64,000 bases of DNA from a bacterium (GCA_031441465.1 JANOEP010000061.1:32001-96000), one strand, 5' to 3'; positions 7,836 to 18,600 are shown, counted from the first letter of the stretch. Translations and numbers: made by a program. The notes: generated from the sequence alone by a model not told the origin.

Positions 7836-9143
7836 TCAGGCCGCGGCCCGGAGCAGTCTCGAGTTCCACACGGCCAGCAGTACGCTGCAGGCCAGGATGA
7901 CGGCGCCGGTGGTCTGGTGCAGCGTCGTCAGGATCACGTCCGCGAGCGCCGGCGCGCCGGCAGCCACGGTCAGGCCCGTCGCCCAGAGCGCGGCCAAGCC
8001 CAGGCAAATCTGCAGGCCGAGCAGGATCATCAGCGCTCGGCCCAGGCCCTGCAGACGGGGCACGTCGGCGTGTTCCCCCCAGGCCCGCAGTCCCGCCAGC
8101 AGGCCGACCACGGCCACGACCACCGCCATCGTGATGTGCAGCAGCAGACCGTGGGACAGGTGGCGAAGGACGGCCCCGAGCACCAGTTGCACGATAACCA
8201 CGATCACCACGGCCCGCGAGAGCAGGACGTCGGTCCGTGCGTCGGCGAAGATCTTGGGCTTGGCGGTGCGCCAGGCGCGGGTCGACATCGCGGCCAGCGC
8301 GATCAGCACGCCCAGGAACACTTGGCCAGTCACGCCGTGGACGATGGCCAGCGTCAGGTTGGGAGCGGTGTGGGCCGGGTCCATGCTCCCGGTGAAGCGG
8401 CCGGTCACCCGCAGGCCGCCCAGCACGCCCTGCACGATCACCAGCAGCAGCGCGGCGGCGGCCAGCAGCTTCACGCCGCGGCGCTCGTCGGTCCGCCACA
8501 GGAAGACCGCCAGCACCAGCGTCGTGAGGCCGACCAGTGAGCCCAGCAGGCGGTGGGCGTGTTCGTAGAAGACGCCGCCGGTCATGCGCGACAGGGGGTA
8601 GAGGAACATGTTCGAGCCGAAGCTGTTGGGCCAGTCGACCACCGCGAGGCCGGCCTGCTGGCCGGTGACGACCCCGCCGGCGGCTAGCAGCAACAGGGTC
8701 GCGCCCGCGGCGACGAAGGCGAAGGCGGCCGGCCAGGCGAAGGGGGGCTTCGCGGTGCGGCGCGCGTTTTCGACCGCGCCCATCGCGCCGAAGATGGCGC
8801 CCATCAGCAGGGATCCCGGCACCCAGAGCAGCGCCGACGGCACGACCCGGTTCGGCGCGTCGCCGGCGGCCAGCAGGCTGCCGAGGATCAGCAGGTTGAG
8901 CGTCGAGGCCAGCAGCCCGACCCAGAGGCCGCCGCGCCATCCGCGGCCCGTCCAACGGCCGGCCAGCCGGCCGCCGAGGATCAGGAGGCCTAACATCAGG
9001 GGCATCAGCACCCACACCGGCGCCTGCACGCCGGGCAGACGGCCGCAGTAGCCGAGGGCCCACATCGCCACCGTGGTGGCGAAGCCGAGAGTCAGGATGT
9101 CGCCGCCGTGGGTCGGTTCGCGCCGCTCGCTCACATTGCTCAC
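7836..9143 (-). CDS. ctaA: Heme A synthase (COX15/CtaA) with an extra N-terminal membrane domain
   Basis: GGVVT..AGLAVVDWP, EHAHRLLG, QGVLGG, AIVHG, LHQ; AGGAGG before GTG 9143. Confidence 0.8.
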   Translation of the reverse strand: MSNVSERREPTHGGDILTLGFATTVAMWALGYCGRLPGVQAPVWVLMPLMLGLLILGGRLAGRWTGRGWRGGLWVGLLASTLNLLILGSLLAAGDAPNRVVPSALLWVPGSLLMGAIFGAMGAVENARRTAKPPFAWPAAFAFVAAGATLLLLAAGGVVTGQQAGLAVVDWPNSFGSNMFLYPLSRMTGGVFYEHAHRLLGSLVGLTTLVLAVFLWRTDERRGVKLLAAAALLLVIVQGVLGGLRVTGRFTGSMDPAHTAPNLTLAIVHGVTGQVFLGVLIALAAMSTRAWRTAKPKIFADARTDVLLSRAVVIVVIVQLVLGAVLRHLSHGLLLHITMAVVVAVVGLLAGLRAWGEHADVPRLQGLGRALMILLGLQICLGLAALWATGLTVAAGAPALADVILTTLHQTTGAVILACSVLLAVWNSRLLRAAA

Positions 9144-9246
9144 TGCACGACCTCCTGTTATGCTGCCGTTGGCGCCGGCCGTCCGCCGGCGCCTTGCCGA
9201 CCCCATTGCTAGCACGATTCGCCGGACGCCACCACCACGGAGCGCC

Positions 9247-10182
9247 ATGACCGCCTTGCCGCTGCAGCGCTGGATCGGACTGAGCCTCGAGCTGGGCAAA
9301 GCCCGCCTCGGCCTGCTGGTGCTGATGTCCACGCTGGCCGGTTACCTGATGGCGGCGCGACCGCTGCCCGGCTGGGGCCACCTGGCCGTCACGCTGCTGG
9401 GCACCATGCTGTGCATCCTGGGCGCCAACGGTTTCAATCAGGTGCTCGAACGCGACCGCGACGCCCTGATGGTGCGCACCCAGGGCCGCCCCCTGCCCTC
9501 GGGCCGGATCGGCGTCCGTGCGGCGGCGGTCTGGTCGGGCGCGGTCGTGCTGCTGGGCTTCGGCTTGTTGCTGGCGCTGGCCAACACCGTGGCCGCGGTC
9601 CTGGCGCTCGGCACGGTCCTGCTGTACGTGCTGGTCTACACGCCGCTGAAGCCGCGCAGTAATCTGAACACGCTGGTCGGCGCGGTTTGCGGCGCGATCC
9701 CGCCGCTGATCGGTTGGAGTGCGGTGACCGGCGGCGTCCAGGGCGGCGGCTGGTGGCTGGCCCTGCTGCTGTTCGTGTGGCAGGTGCCGCACTTCCTGGC
9801 GCTGGCCTGGCTCTATCGGGACGACTACCGGCGCGCGGGCTTCCGCATGCTGTCGCTGCAGGACCCGCGCGGCGACCGCACGTTCCGCCTCTTGATGCTC
9901 TACGCCTGGGTGCTGCTGCCTCTGGGCCTGGTCGCCACCTTCACGGGCCTGACCGGGGCCGTGTTCGCCGTGGGCTCGTTGCTGCTCGGCGGCGCCTGGC
10001 TCTGGCTGGGCGTGCGCTGCTATCGCGACCGCAGCCGCCTCAACGCGCGCCGTGTGTTCCTGGGCAGCGTGGTCTACCTGCCGCTGGTGCTCGGCCTGAT
10101 GGTGGCCGACCGCGCGCCGCCCCGACCGGATCGCACTACCGCCGCTGTGGTCGTCGTCGAGACTCCGCCCGGGAGCGCGTGA
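9247..10182 (+). CDS. ctaB: Protoheme IX farnesyltransferase (heme o synthase)
   Basis: NQVLERDRDALMVRT.GRPLPSG, YTPLK, WQVPHFLALAW.YRDDY. Confidence 0.93.
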   Translation: MTALPLQRWIGLSLELGKARLGLLVLMSTLAGYLMAARPLPGWGHLAVTLLGTMLCILGANGFNQVLERDRDALMVRTQGRPLPSGRIGVRAAAVWSGAVVLLGFGLLLALANTVAAVLALGTVLLYVLVYTPLKPRSNLNTLVGAVCGAIPPLIGWSAVTGGVQGGGWWLALLLFVWQVPHFLALAWLYRDDYRRAGFRMLSLQDPRGDRTFRLLMLYAWVLLPLGLVATFTGLTGAVFAVGSLLLGGAWLWLGVRCYRDRSRLNARRVFLGSVVYLPLVLGLMVADRAPPRPDRTTAAVVVVETPPGSA

Positions 10183-11228
10183 TGGCCGTCCGCGGCGAAT
10201 GGCGGCGCGGCGGCTGGGTTCTGGCTGCGGCGCTGCTGATCGTGATCGCGGTCATCGTCTGGAAGGTAGGCGCGGACCTGCGTTCCGGCGGCAGCCGGCA
10301 CGCGGTGGGCGACGGCCGCCACCCCCGAACCTACGGCTTCGACCTGGACAACTTCGCCTACCCCGAATCCCTGCTCGCGGCCGGCGGCGTCCCGCGCGAC
10401 GGTCTGCCGACGCTCGACCACCCGCCGCTGCTGACCCCCGCCGGCGTCGATTCGCTCAACGACGCGGAGCGCGGCAAGTACCTCGTCGGCGCCGACCGCG
10501 TGCTGGGCGTGGTCGTGCGGGGCGAAGCCCGCTGCTGGCCCCTGCGCGTGCTGGACTGGCACGAGGTCTGCCTCGACACCCTGGGCGGCGCTCCGTTGGT
10601 CGCCACCTGGAGCCCGCTGTCCGGCAGCGCCGCGGTCTACGGGCGCGCGGTCGGCGGGGACACACTGCGCTTCGGCGTGAGCGGGCTGCTGCTGAACTCC
10701 AACACGCTGCTGTTCGACCGCGCGGTGTCGCCGAGCCTGTGGTGCCAGCTGACCGGCGAGGCCGTCGGCGGCCCCCGGCGCGGTGCGCGGCTGCCCCGGC
10801 TGCCCGCGGTCGTGACGACCTGGGAGCATTGGCGCCGCGATCATCCCGGCACGACCGTGCCGGCGCCTGCGCCGACCTTCAAGCGGCGCTACCAGTCCCG
10901 GCCCTACCAGTCGTACCGATCCGGGGGACGGACCCGCTTCCCCTCGGCGCCGCTGCCCGCGACCGGCCGGCTCGACCCGCTGCTGATCGTCGAGACGCCG
11001 GCCGGCCGCCACGTCCTGGATGCCGTGCGCCTGGTGAGCGACGCCGGTCCCGCCGGTGTCTGGACCGGCGTCCTGGACGGGATCGCGGTGCGGTTGCGCG
11101 TTGCGCCGCAGGCGCCCGGCGAGCAGCCGGCTGTGTGGTCTGAACTGGTCACGGGCGCTGGGTTCACCTTATACTATGCCGATCGCTTCGCTTGGCACGC
11201 TTTCCACCCCGAGGACCGGTTGCCATGA
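10182..11228 (+). CDS. DUF3179-family membrane-anchored protein
   Basis: GGVPRDGLP, WHEV..D, FGVSGLL.NSN..LFDR...SLW.Q..GEAV.G, TTW..W...HP.T; N-terminal TM helix; start overlaps ctaB stop. Confidence 0.75.
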   Translation: MAVRGEWRRGGWVLAAALLIVIAVIVWKVGADLRSGGSRHAVGDGRHPRTYGFDLDNFAYPESLLAAGGVPRDGLPTLDHPPLLTPAGVDSLNDAERGKYLVGADRVLGVVVRGEARCWPLRVLDWHEVCLDTLGGAPLVATWSPLSGSAAVYGRAVGGDTLRFGVSGLLLNSNTLLFDRAVSPSLWCQLTGEAVGGPRRGARLPRLPAVVTTWEHWRRDHPGTTVPAPAPTFKRRYQSRPYQSYRSGGRTRFPSAPLPATGRLDPLLIVETPAGRHVLDAVRLVSDAGPAGVWTGVLDGIAVRLRVAPQAPGEQPAVWSELVTGAGFTLYYADRFAWHAFHPEDRLP

Positions 11229-12586
11229 GACACGCCTCGACGTTCGCGCTGCTGTTGACGGTGTCCTTGCTGGCCGCGGGCTGCGGCGGCGGCGATCCCG
11301 ACCCGTCGCCCACCGGCGTCGTGAAGGTGTTCACCTTGCCCGCCACCCTCGACGCGGGCTGGACGCTGTCCGGTCCCGCAGGGGCGGTCATCGACGGCAC
11401 GGACGACGCGCGCCACCCCGGCCGCGCCGCCGGGTCGTGGACGATCGTCTGGGACGAGGTCGTGGACTGGGCGCGGCCGCTCTCGCAGACCCGCACGCTG
11501 GCCGACGGGGACTCCATCACCTTCACGGGCCAGTACGTGTACGACCCGCCGCCGACGACCGGCACCCTGACGATCGACATCGAGCCCAATGACCTGCAGG
11601 CCCGCTGGGTGCTGAAGCGTCTGCCCGGCGGCGACGACGACCTCACCGGCACCGGCGACGCCGTCCTGGACGACCTGCCGCCCGGCCCCTTCACCGTGGC
11701 CTGGCAGCAGGAGCCGGGCTGGACCGTGCCGGCGCCGGGCTGGGTCGACGGCCTGATCACCGCGGGCGAGACGTCGGCCGCGGCCGTGACCTACACGGTG
11801 CTGCCGACCTGGCCGTTCACCACCGTGCGCCTGGAAGCGGGCGTCTTCACGATGGGTTCTCCCGCGCCGGAACTCGGCCGCGAGACGGACGAGGGCCCGC
11901 GGCACGAGGTGACCCTCACGCGCCCCTTGCTGGTCGCGACCACCGAACTCACCAACGGGCAATGGGACGCGGTCGTGCGCGACGGCCGGCTGGTGGACCC
12001 CACCCTCTCCAACCAGCCCGTCGCCTCGGTCACCTGGTACGAAGCGGTGGATTTCTGCAACGCGCTGTCCGCCACCGACGGGCTCACGGCCGCCTACGCC
12101 GTCAACGGTCCGCAGGTGGCCTGGAATCCGGACGCCGACGGTTGGCGGCTGCCGACCGAGGCCGAGTGGGAGGCCCTGTGCCGGGCCGGTTCGCAGGGAT
12201 CGCTGAGCGACGGCGAACTGTCGCGTCTCGACACGGAGATCGATCCCGTGCTGTCGTTCTTCGGCTGGTCGGCGGCCAACTCCGACAACCGCGTGAAACC
12301 GGTGCGGGCCCGGCTGCCCAATCCCCTGGGACTGTACGACGTCCACGGCAACGTGCTGGAGTGGTGCTGGGACCGTTACGGCGCCACCTACTACACGAGC
12401 GACCCCGCGACCGACCCGGCCGGGCCGCTGACGGGGAGCAACCGGGTGCTGCGCGGCGGTTCCTTCGCCGATGCGAACCAGCGGCTGCGCTGTGCGGCTC
12501 GCGCCTACCTCGATCCCGGCGCCGCCGTGGGGATCGTGGGCTTCCGCCCCGTGCGCAACGCGCCGGCGCTCAAGGCCGGGCGGTAA
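11225..12586 (+). CDS. Lipoprotein with C-terminal FGE/SUMF1-like (FGE-sulfatase) domain
   Basis: Lipobox LAAGC; FTMGS, RLPTEAEWE, NPLGLYDVHGNVLEWC, RVLRGGS, GFRPVR. Confidence 0.85.
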   Translation: MRHASTFALLLTVSLLAAGCGGGDPDPSPTGVVKVFTLPATLDAGWTLSGPAGAVIDGTDDARHPGRAAGSWTIVWDEVVDWARPLSQTRTLADGDSITFTGQYVYDPPPTTGTLTIDIEPNDLQARWVLKRLPGGDDDLTGTGDAVLDDLPPGPFTVAWQQEPGWTVPAPGWVDGLITAGETSAAAVTYTVLPTWPFTTVRLEAGVFTMGSPAPELGRETDEGPRHEVTLTRPLLVATTELTNGQWDAVVRDGRLVDPTLSNQPVASVTWYEAVDFCNALSATDGLTAAYAVNGPQVAWNPDADGWRLPTEAEWEALCRAGSQGSLSDGELSRLDTEIDPVLSFFGWSAANSDNRVKPVRARLPNPLGLYDVHGNVLEWCWDRYGATYYTSDPATDPAGPLTGSNRVLRGGSFADANQRLRCAARAYLDPGAAVGIVGFRPVRNAPALKAGR

Positions 12587-12645
12587 ATGCCGATTTTGCA
12601 GATGGTGCGGTAACGCTTATCTTGCCGCGACCGGGAGGCGCACGT

Positions 12646-12978
12646 TTGAATCGACGCTGGATCGCCATGATCGCACTGGTTTGCTTGGCCGCGGGGTTCG
12701 TCCCGGCCCAGGTCGCTGCGGTCTGCGCCTCCGCGCCGGTGCACGACGACGTTTGCCACACCGAGAGCATCCCTTGCGCCGACCCCGACCAGGACGGCAA
12801 CCCCTGCGGTTCGGACTGCCCCTGCGCCTGCTGCCCTGGCCATGGCGCCGTGCCGATGTTCATGGTCGAGTGCCTCACCCATGAGGTTCGGCCTGCCTCC
12901 ATCCGGATCGGCCTGCGCCCCGACGCCCCCGCCCCCCGCGACACCCAGCACGGCATCTTCCACCCTCCTCGCGCCTGA
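12646..12978 (+). CDS. Small Cys/His-rich exported leader protein ending IFHPPRA (CzcI/DUF2946-like leader class)
   Basis: GGGAGG RBS then TTG; signal-like N-terminus; CGSDCPCACC cluster; first ORF of the efflux operon. Confidence 0.7.
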   Translation: MNRRWIAMIALVCLAAGFVPAQVAAVCASAPVHDDVCHTESIPCADPDQDGNPCGSDCPCACCPGHGAVPMFMVECLTHEVRPASIRIGLRPDAPAPRDTQHGIFHPPRA

Positions 12979-13099
12979 TCAGCCCCGAATCGTCGATATC
13001 GTCGTCCGCTCGCCCACGCGAGCGGCGGGCTCAAGCGTCACGGAACGTACCGCGGGATCGCTCCCGGCTGGGTCGTTCCCCACAGGCAGGTGTGTCGAG

Positions 13100-14338
13100 A
13101 TGCTGATCAACAAGAAACACGTCCTCGCTGCAGGCTTCGTCCTGCTGATCGCGAACGCCGCGGTTGCGGAGCCGGCGGTGATCGAGATCACCTGGTCCGA
13201 GATCACCGGCCTGGTCGACGCGCATCCCCTGCTCGCGGCGGGGGAGTACGGAGTCGAAGCGGCGCAGGGTGCGGTCGCCGCCGCCGGCGCGCGGCCCAAT
13301 CCGGTCCTGGAGGCGGCCTTGGGCCGGGGCCGTGAGCGCCCGGGCGAGGAGTTCGGCCGTCAGTGGGACCTGTCGCTCACGCTGCCCCTGGACTGGCTGT
13401 CTCGGCGCTCGCCGCAGGTGACCGCGGCGAAGGCGGGCCTCGACGCCGCCGCGGCCGAGCGCGAGGCGATCCGGCGCGAGGCCCTGCTGGAACTGCGCAC
13501 GCAGTTCTGGCGACTCGTCCACGACCAGGAGCAGGTCGTGGTGGTCGAGGGACTGGCGCGGGAGACGTCGAACTTGGCGACGGCCGTGGGCAGGCGCGTG
13601 CAGGCGGGCGAGGCGCGGCCCGTCGAACAGACGCAAGTCGAGATCGAACGGGAACTGATCGACGGCGAGCTGGCGGCGGCGCGGTCTTCGCTGGCTTCGC
13701 TCCAGGCGCAGCTCGCGCTCTGGCTCGGTGCTCCCGAGGGCGGGCGGATCGTCGCCGTCGCCGATCTGAATGTGTTGCCCGCCCTGCCGGGTCCCGTGGC
13801 CGAGCTTGGTGCGACCGCGGCCGATCAGCCCGCGCTGCGGGCCGAAGCGGCCCGGGTGCGCGTGCTCGCCGCCGATCTCTCGGCCGAGAAGCGCCAGCGT
13901 CTGCCGGCCTTCTCACTGATGGCCTTCACCACCAAGGAACAGGAGCGGCGAGCCCACGGCGCCGGGATCGCCGTCGATCTGCCCCTGTGGAACTGGAACT
14001 CCGGCGGTATCGCGGTGGCGCAGGCGCAGCTCGCCGCCGGCCGTAGCCGGGAGGAAGCCCGGCGCCGGTCGTTCGCGGCGGAGATCGTCGAAGCCGTCGC
14101 CGCCTGCCGCATCTCGATCGAGTCCGCGTCGCGGTTCGCCGCCGGCGTCGTCCCGCGGTCCGCGTCGGCCGCTTCCGTCATCGAAAAGACCTACCTGCTG
14201 GGCGAAACCAGCCTGCTGGAAGTGATCGACGCGCGGCGCACGCTGCTCGCGTCGCGCCGCCAGCTCCTGGATGCGCTCGCCCAGGCCCAGATCGACCACT
14301 GCCGCCTCCGGGCGCTGATCGGGGAGGAACTCCCGTGA
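13100..14338 (+). CDS. TolC/CzcC-family outer membrane efflux protein
   Basis: Signal peptide; RPNPVL, DLPLWNWN.G, GETSLLEVIDA; operon position. Confidence 0.88.
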   Translation: MLINKKHVLAAGFVLLIANAAVAEPAVIEITWSEITGLVDAHPLLAAGEYGVEAAQGAVAAAGARPNPVLEAALGRGRERPGEEFGRQWDLSLTLPLDWLSRRSPQVTAAKAGLDAAAAEREAIRREALLELRTQFWRLVHDQEQVVVVEGLARETSNLATAVGRRVQAGEARPVEQTQVEIERELIDGELAAARSSLASLQAQLALWLGAPEGGRIVAVADLNVLPALPGPVAELGATAADQPALRAEAARVRVLAADLSAEKRQRLPAFSLMAFTTKEQERRAHGAGIAVDLPLWNWNSGGIAVAQAQLAAGRSREEARRRSFAAEIVEAVAACRISIESASRFAAGVVPRSASAASVIEKTYLLGETSLLEVIDARRTLLASRRQLLDALAQAQIDHCRLRALIGEELP

Positions 14339-15651
14339 ACATCCGCAACCTAGCGATCATTGTCGTCTTGGGGCTTCTGCCGGCCGCCGCGCTCGTGTCC
14401 TGCGACCGGTCTTCCCCGCCGCCGCCGGCCACGGCGGAATCCCCGGACCACGACCACGAAGCCGCGGAGGCGGAATCGGAGGCCTCCGACCTCGACCGCC
14501 CGGTCGAGGATCTGTTCGCCGCCGACTGCGAACACCAGGTCAAGACGTTCGCCTGCGATGAGTGCCGCTACGAAGTCGGCGTCGTGCGCGTGCCGGCGAG
14601 CCTGGTCGAGGGCAAGCTGGTCGAGACCGCACAGGTCGAGCGGCGCGCCGTGGATGTCGCGGTCCCGCTGACCGGCGAGGTCCGCTTCGACGAGCGGCGC
14701 GTGGGGCACGTCAGCCCGCTCGTAGAAGGCGTCGTGTCGGCGGTCCATGTCAAGCTCGGCGACCGGGTCCGGCGCGGGCAGGCGCTCGTCGAACTCGAGT
14801 GCACGGCGGTCGGGCAGGCGCAGGCCGAGTACCTCGCGGCGCAGGGGATGCTCGACCTCTCCCGTCGCAACCTGGAACGGGTCTCCGACCTGAGACGGGA
14901 AGCCATCGCCTCGGAGAAGGAATTCCTGCTGGCGCAGCAGGAAGCCGGAGCCGCGCAGATCCGCGCCGACGGGGCCCGCGGCCAGCTCGCGCGCTTCGGC
15001 ATGTCGGAGGCGGCGGTGAGCGCCCTCGCCAGCGGCGACGGCCTGGGTCGGCTGACCCTGCGCGCCCCGTTGGACGGCGCGGTGCTGGCCATGCACGCCG
15101 TGCCCGGGGAAGTGGCCGGGACCGACGCGTCCCTGTTCACGGTCGGCGACCACGCCGTCGTCTGGGTGTGGGCGGACCTCTACGAAGGCGACATCGCGGG
15201 CGTCTCCCGCGCGCAGGCGACGCAGAAGCTGGCGGCGGCGGTCTCGGTCAAGGCCTATCCGGGCGAATCGTTCGCCGGGACCGTGGACCTCGTCAGCCCG
15301 TCCATGGACGAGTCCTCGCGCACGGTGAAGGTGCGCGTGGAGGTGCCGAACCCGGACGGCCGTCTGCTGGCGGGCATGTTCGCCGACGTGGCGCTGCAGC
15401 TGCCTGGGGGCGAGGCGGTCCTGGCCGTGCCGCCGGCGGCCGTCCTCGACGACGAGGGCCGGGAGTTCGTGTTCGTCCACCATCACGACGACTACTTCGT
15501 GCGCCGGCCGGTGAAGACCGGCCGCGCGGCCGCGGGTTGGGTCGAGGTCCTGTCCGGGCTCGCGGCGGGGCAGACCGTGATGACCGAGGGCGCCTTCCTG
15601 CTGAAATCCGACGTGCTGCGCGCCAAGATGGGCGCCGGCTGCGCTGACTAA
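14335..15651 (+). CDS. CzcB/CusB-like periplasmic adaptor (lipoprotein)
   Basis: Lipobox LVSC; LRAPLDG, SRTVKVR.EV.N..GRL..GMF; His/Cys-rich N-terminus. Confidence 0.9.
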   Translation: MNIRNLAIIVVLGLLPAAALVSCDRSSPPPPATAESPDHDHEAAEAESEASDLDRPVEDLFAADCEHQVKTFACDECRYEVGVVRVPASLVEGKLVETAQVERRAVDVAVPLTGEVRFDERRVGHVSPLVEGVVSAVHVKLGDRVRRGQALVELECTAVGQAQAEYLAAQGMLDLSRRNLERVSDLRREAIASEKEFLLAQQEAGAAQIRADGARGQLARFGMSEAAVSALASGDGLGRLTLRAPLDGAVLAMHAVPGEVAGTDASLFTVGDHAVVWVWADLYEGDIAGVSRAQATQKLAAAVSVKAYPGESFAGTVDLVSPSMDESSRTVKVRVEVPNPDGRLLAGMFADVALQLPGGEAVLAVPPAAVLDDEGREFVFVHHHDDYFVRRPVKTGRAAAGWVEVLSGLAAGQTVMTEGAFLLKSDVLRAKMGAGCAD

Positions 15652-15665
15652 CAACGGGAGCGATC

Positions 15666-18600
15666 ATGCGTACCGTGACCTTGCTGCTGAACAACCGTCT
15701 CCTGGTGCTGCTGGCGACGGCGGTGCTGGTCGCCGCCGGCGTGGTCGCCTGGCTGCACCTGCCCATCGACGCCTTTCCGGACGTGACCAACACGCAGGTG
15801 GTGATCATCTCCCAGGCCCCGGGTTTCGCCGCGGTCGACGTGGAACAGCGGGTCAGCTACCCGATCGAACAGGTCATGCGCGGCCTGCCGCGCGTGCAGC
15901 AGGTGCGCTCCCTGTCGCGGGCCGGCCTGTCGCAGGTGGTGATCGTGTTCGAGGACGGGGCCGACACCTACTGGACGCGGCAGGTGGTGTTCGAGCGCCT
16001 GGACGCGGCCCGCGAGCAGCTGCCGCCCGGCGTCGAGCCCGAGCTGGGCCCCATCTCGACCGGCCTGGGCGAGATCTACCAGTACACGCTCGAAGGCGAC
16101 GACGAGACCGCGATGGAGCTGCGGTCGATCCAGGACTGGCTCGTCGCCCCCTGGCTGAAGCCGATCCCCGGCGTGAACGAGGTCAACAGCTTCGGCGGCG
16201 AGGTGAAGCAGTACCAGGTCCTGGTCTCGCCCGAGATGCTGCTGAAGTACGGCCTGACCGTGAACGACGTCGTCGACGCCGTCGAGCAGGGCAACGCCAA
16301 CTCCGGCGGCGGCGTGGTCGTGCGCGGCTGGGAGCAGATGTACCTGCGCGGCGTGGGGCTGCTGCGCGACATCCCGGATCTCGAGAACATCGTGCTGAAG
16401 GCCGCGGACGGGGCGCCCGTCTACCTGCGGGACGTCGCGGGGGTGGTCATCGGCGCCGAGCCCCGGCAGGGCGCCGTCTCCCGCGACGGCAAGGGCGAGG
16501 TCGTGGCCGGCATGATCATCATGCTCAAAGGCGAGAACGCCAAGGAGGTGGTCGGCCGGGTCCAAAACGCGGTCGCGAAGCTCCAGGGGGCGCTGCCCGA
16601 GGGCGTCCGCCTCAACGTTTTCTACGACCGCACCTCGCTGATCGAGGCCTGCATCCACACCGTGATCAAGGCGCTGCTCGAGGGCGGGATCTTCGTCATC
16701 CTGGTGCTGTTCCTGTTCGTCGCCGAGCTGCGCTCCGCGCTGATCGTCGTGGTCTCCCTGCCGCTCACCTTCCTGGTGACCTTCATCCTCATGGGCTCCG
16801 CGGGGATCACCTCCAACCTCATGAGCCTCGGCGGCCTGGCGTTCTCCGTGGGCATGGTCGTGGACGCGTCCATCGTGGTGGTGGAGAATTCCCGCCGCCA
16901 CCTCGCGCACCTGACCGATTCCGCCTCGAGGAGGCGGGTCGTCGCCGAGGCCGTCGTCGAGGTGGCGAAGCCCGTCGCCTTCTCGGTGCTGATCATCGCG
17001 GTCATCCTGGTGCCGCTGTTCACGCTGCAGGGGATCGAGGGCAAGATGTTCGCCCCGCTGGCCGGGACGATGCTCATCGCCCTGCTGGTCTCGCTCGTGG
17101 TGGCGTTCACGATCATCCCGGTCCTCGGCGAGCGCTTCCTGGGTCAGGGCCCCGAGCGGGAGTTCGGCTTCATCCGCCGCTTCCACCGCGGCTACGTGCG
17201 CCTGCTCAGCCGCGCCGTGCGGCGTCCCGCGCTGACGCTCGGGATCTCGGGCGGTGTGCTCGTCGCCTCGCTGGCGCTCATCCCGCTCATGGGCACCGAG
17301 TTCATGCCGCCGCTGGACGAGGGGGCGCTCGCCGTGAACGTGGTGCGGCTGCCCAACGCTTCGCTGGACGGCTCGGTGCGCGTCTCCAGCTTCATCGAGC
17401 AGCGCCTGCGGAAGTTCCCCGAGGTCGAGACCGTGGTCAGCAAGACGGGCCGTGCCGAGATTTCGGAGGACCCGATGGGGCCGGAGCAGACCGACGTCTT
17501 CATCATGCTCAAGCCGCGCAAGGAGTGGGACGCCGGGCGCGACAAGGACGAACTCGTGGACGCCATCCAGAAGGACCTCTCCGAGATCCCGGGGTTGCGC
17601 TTCTCGTTTTCGCAGCCGATCGCGCTGCGGGTGAACGAACTCATCTCCGGCGTGAAGAGCGACCTCGCGATCAAGGTCTTCGGCCCCGACCTCGAGGTGC
17701 TGAAGTCGTTCGCGGACCGCGCGGCCGCCGTGCTGCAGGGGATCGAGGGGGCGAGGGACGTGAAGGTGGAGCAGGTGTCCGGCATGTCGCAGATCGACGT
17801 GGTGATCGACCGCCAGGCCGTGGCGAGGCACGGCATCAAGATCGCCGACGTCAACGCCGCCATCGAGACGGCGGTCGCCGGGAAGTTGGCCACGACCCTG
17901 ATCGAGGGGCAGCGGCGCATCGCCGTGGTCGTGCGGTTCCCGGAGGCGGCGCGCGGCAGCATCCCGGTGCTCGAGCGCCTGCTGATCACAGCCCCGGGCG
18001 GGGAGCGGGTGCCGCTGGCGCAGATCGCGGCCTTCGAGGTGGTCGAGGCGCCGGCGCAGGTGAGCCGTGAGAACGGCATGCGGCGCGTCGTGGCCGAAGC
18101 CAACATCCGCGGCCGCGACCTCGGCGGTTTCGTGGGTGAGGTCCAGACGCGCCTCGCGCCGCTGGTGGAGGAACTCCCGATCGGCTACTACGTCGAGTAC
18201 GGCGGTCAGTTCGAGAACCAGCAGCGGGCCATGCGCCAGCTCTCCATCGTGGTGCCGGTGGCGCTCCTGCTCATCATGGTCCTGCTCACCATGGCGCTCG
18301 GCTCGATCTGGAACGCCCTGCTGGTGCTGCTCAACCTCCCGTTCGCACTCATCGGGGGTGTGATCGCCGTCGTGGTCTTCCGGATGCCCGTATCGGTGTC
18401 CGCGGCGGTGGCCTTCATCGTCCTGCTCGGCATCGCCGTGCAGAACGGCGTCGTGCTTGTGGCGTTCTTCCGCCAGCTCCGGGAGCGGGGCGAGTCGGTG
18501 GCCGACACGGTGATCAAGGGCTGCGACCTGCGCTTCCGGCCGCTGCTGATGACCGCGCTCGCGAGCTTCATCGGGCACCTGCCCATGCTCTACGCCACCG

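Noticed and set aside
10182..11228. Selenoprotein recoding in DUF3179 (and in the iscA-like gene)
   Set aside because: No in-frame TGA at the relevant positions.
11225..12640. FGE-domain lipoprotein as a diversity-generating retroelement target
   Set aside because: No reverse transcriptase and no template-repeat copy of its 3' end seen in the window.
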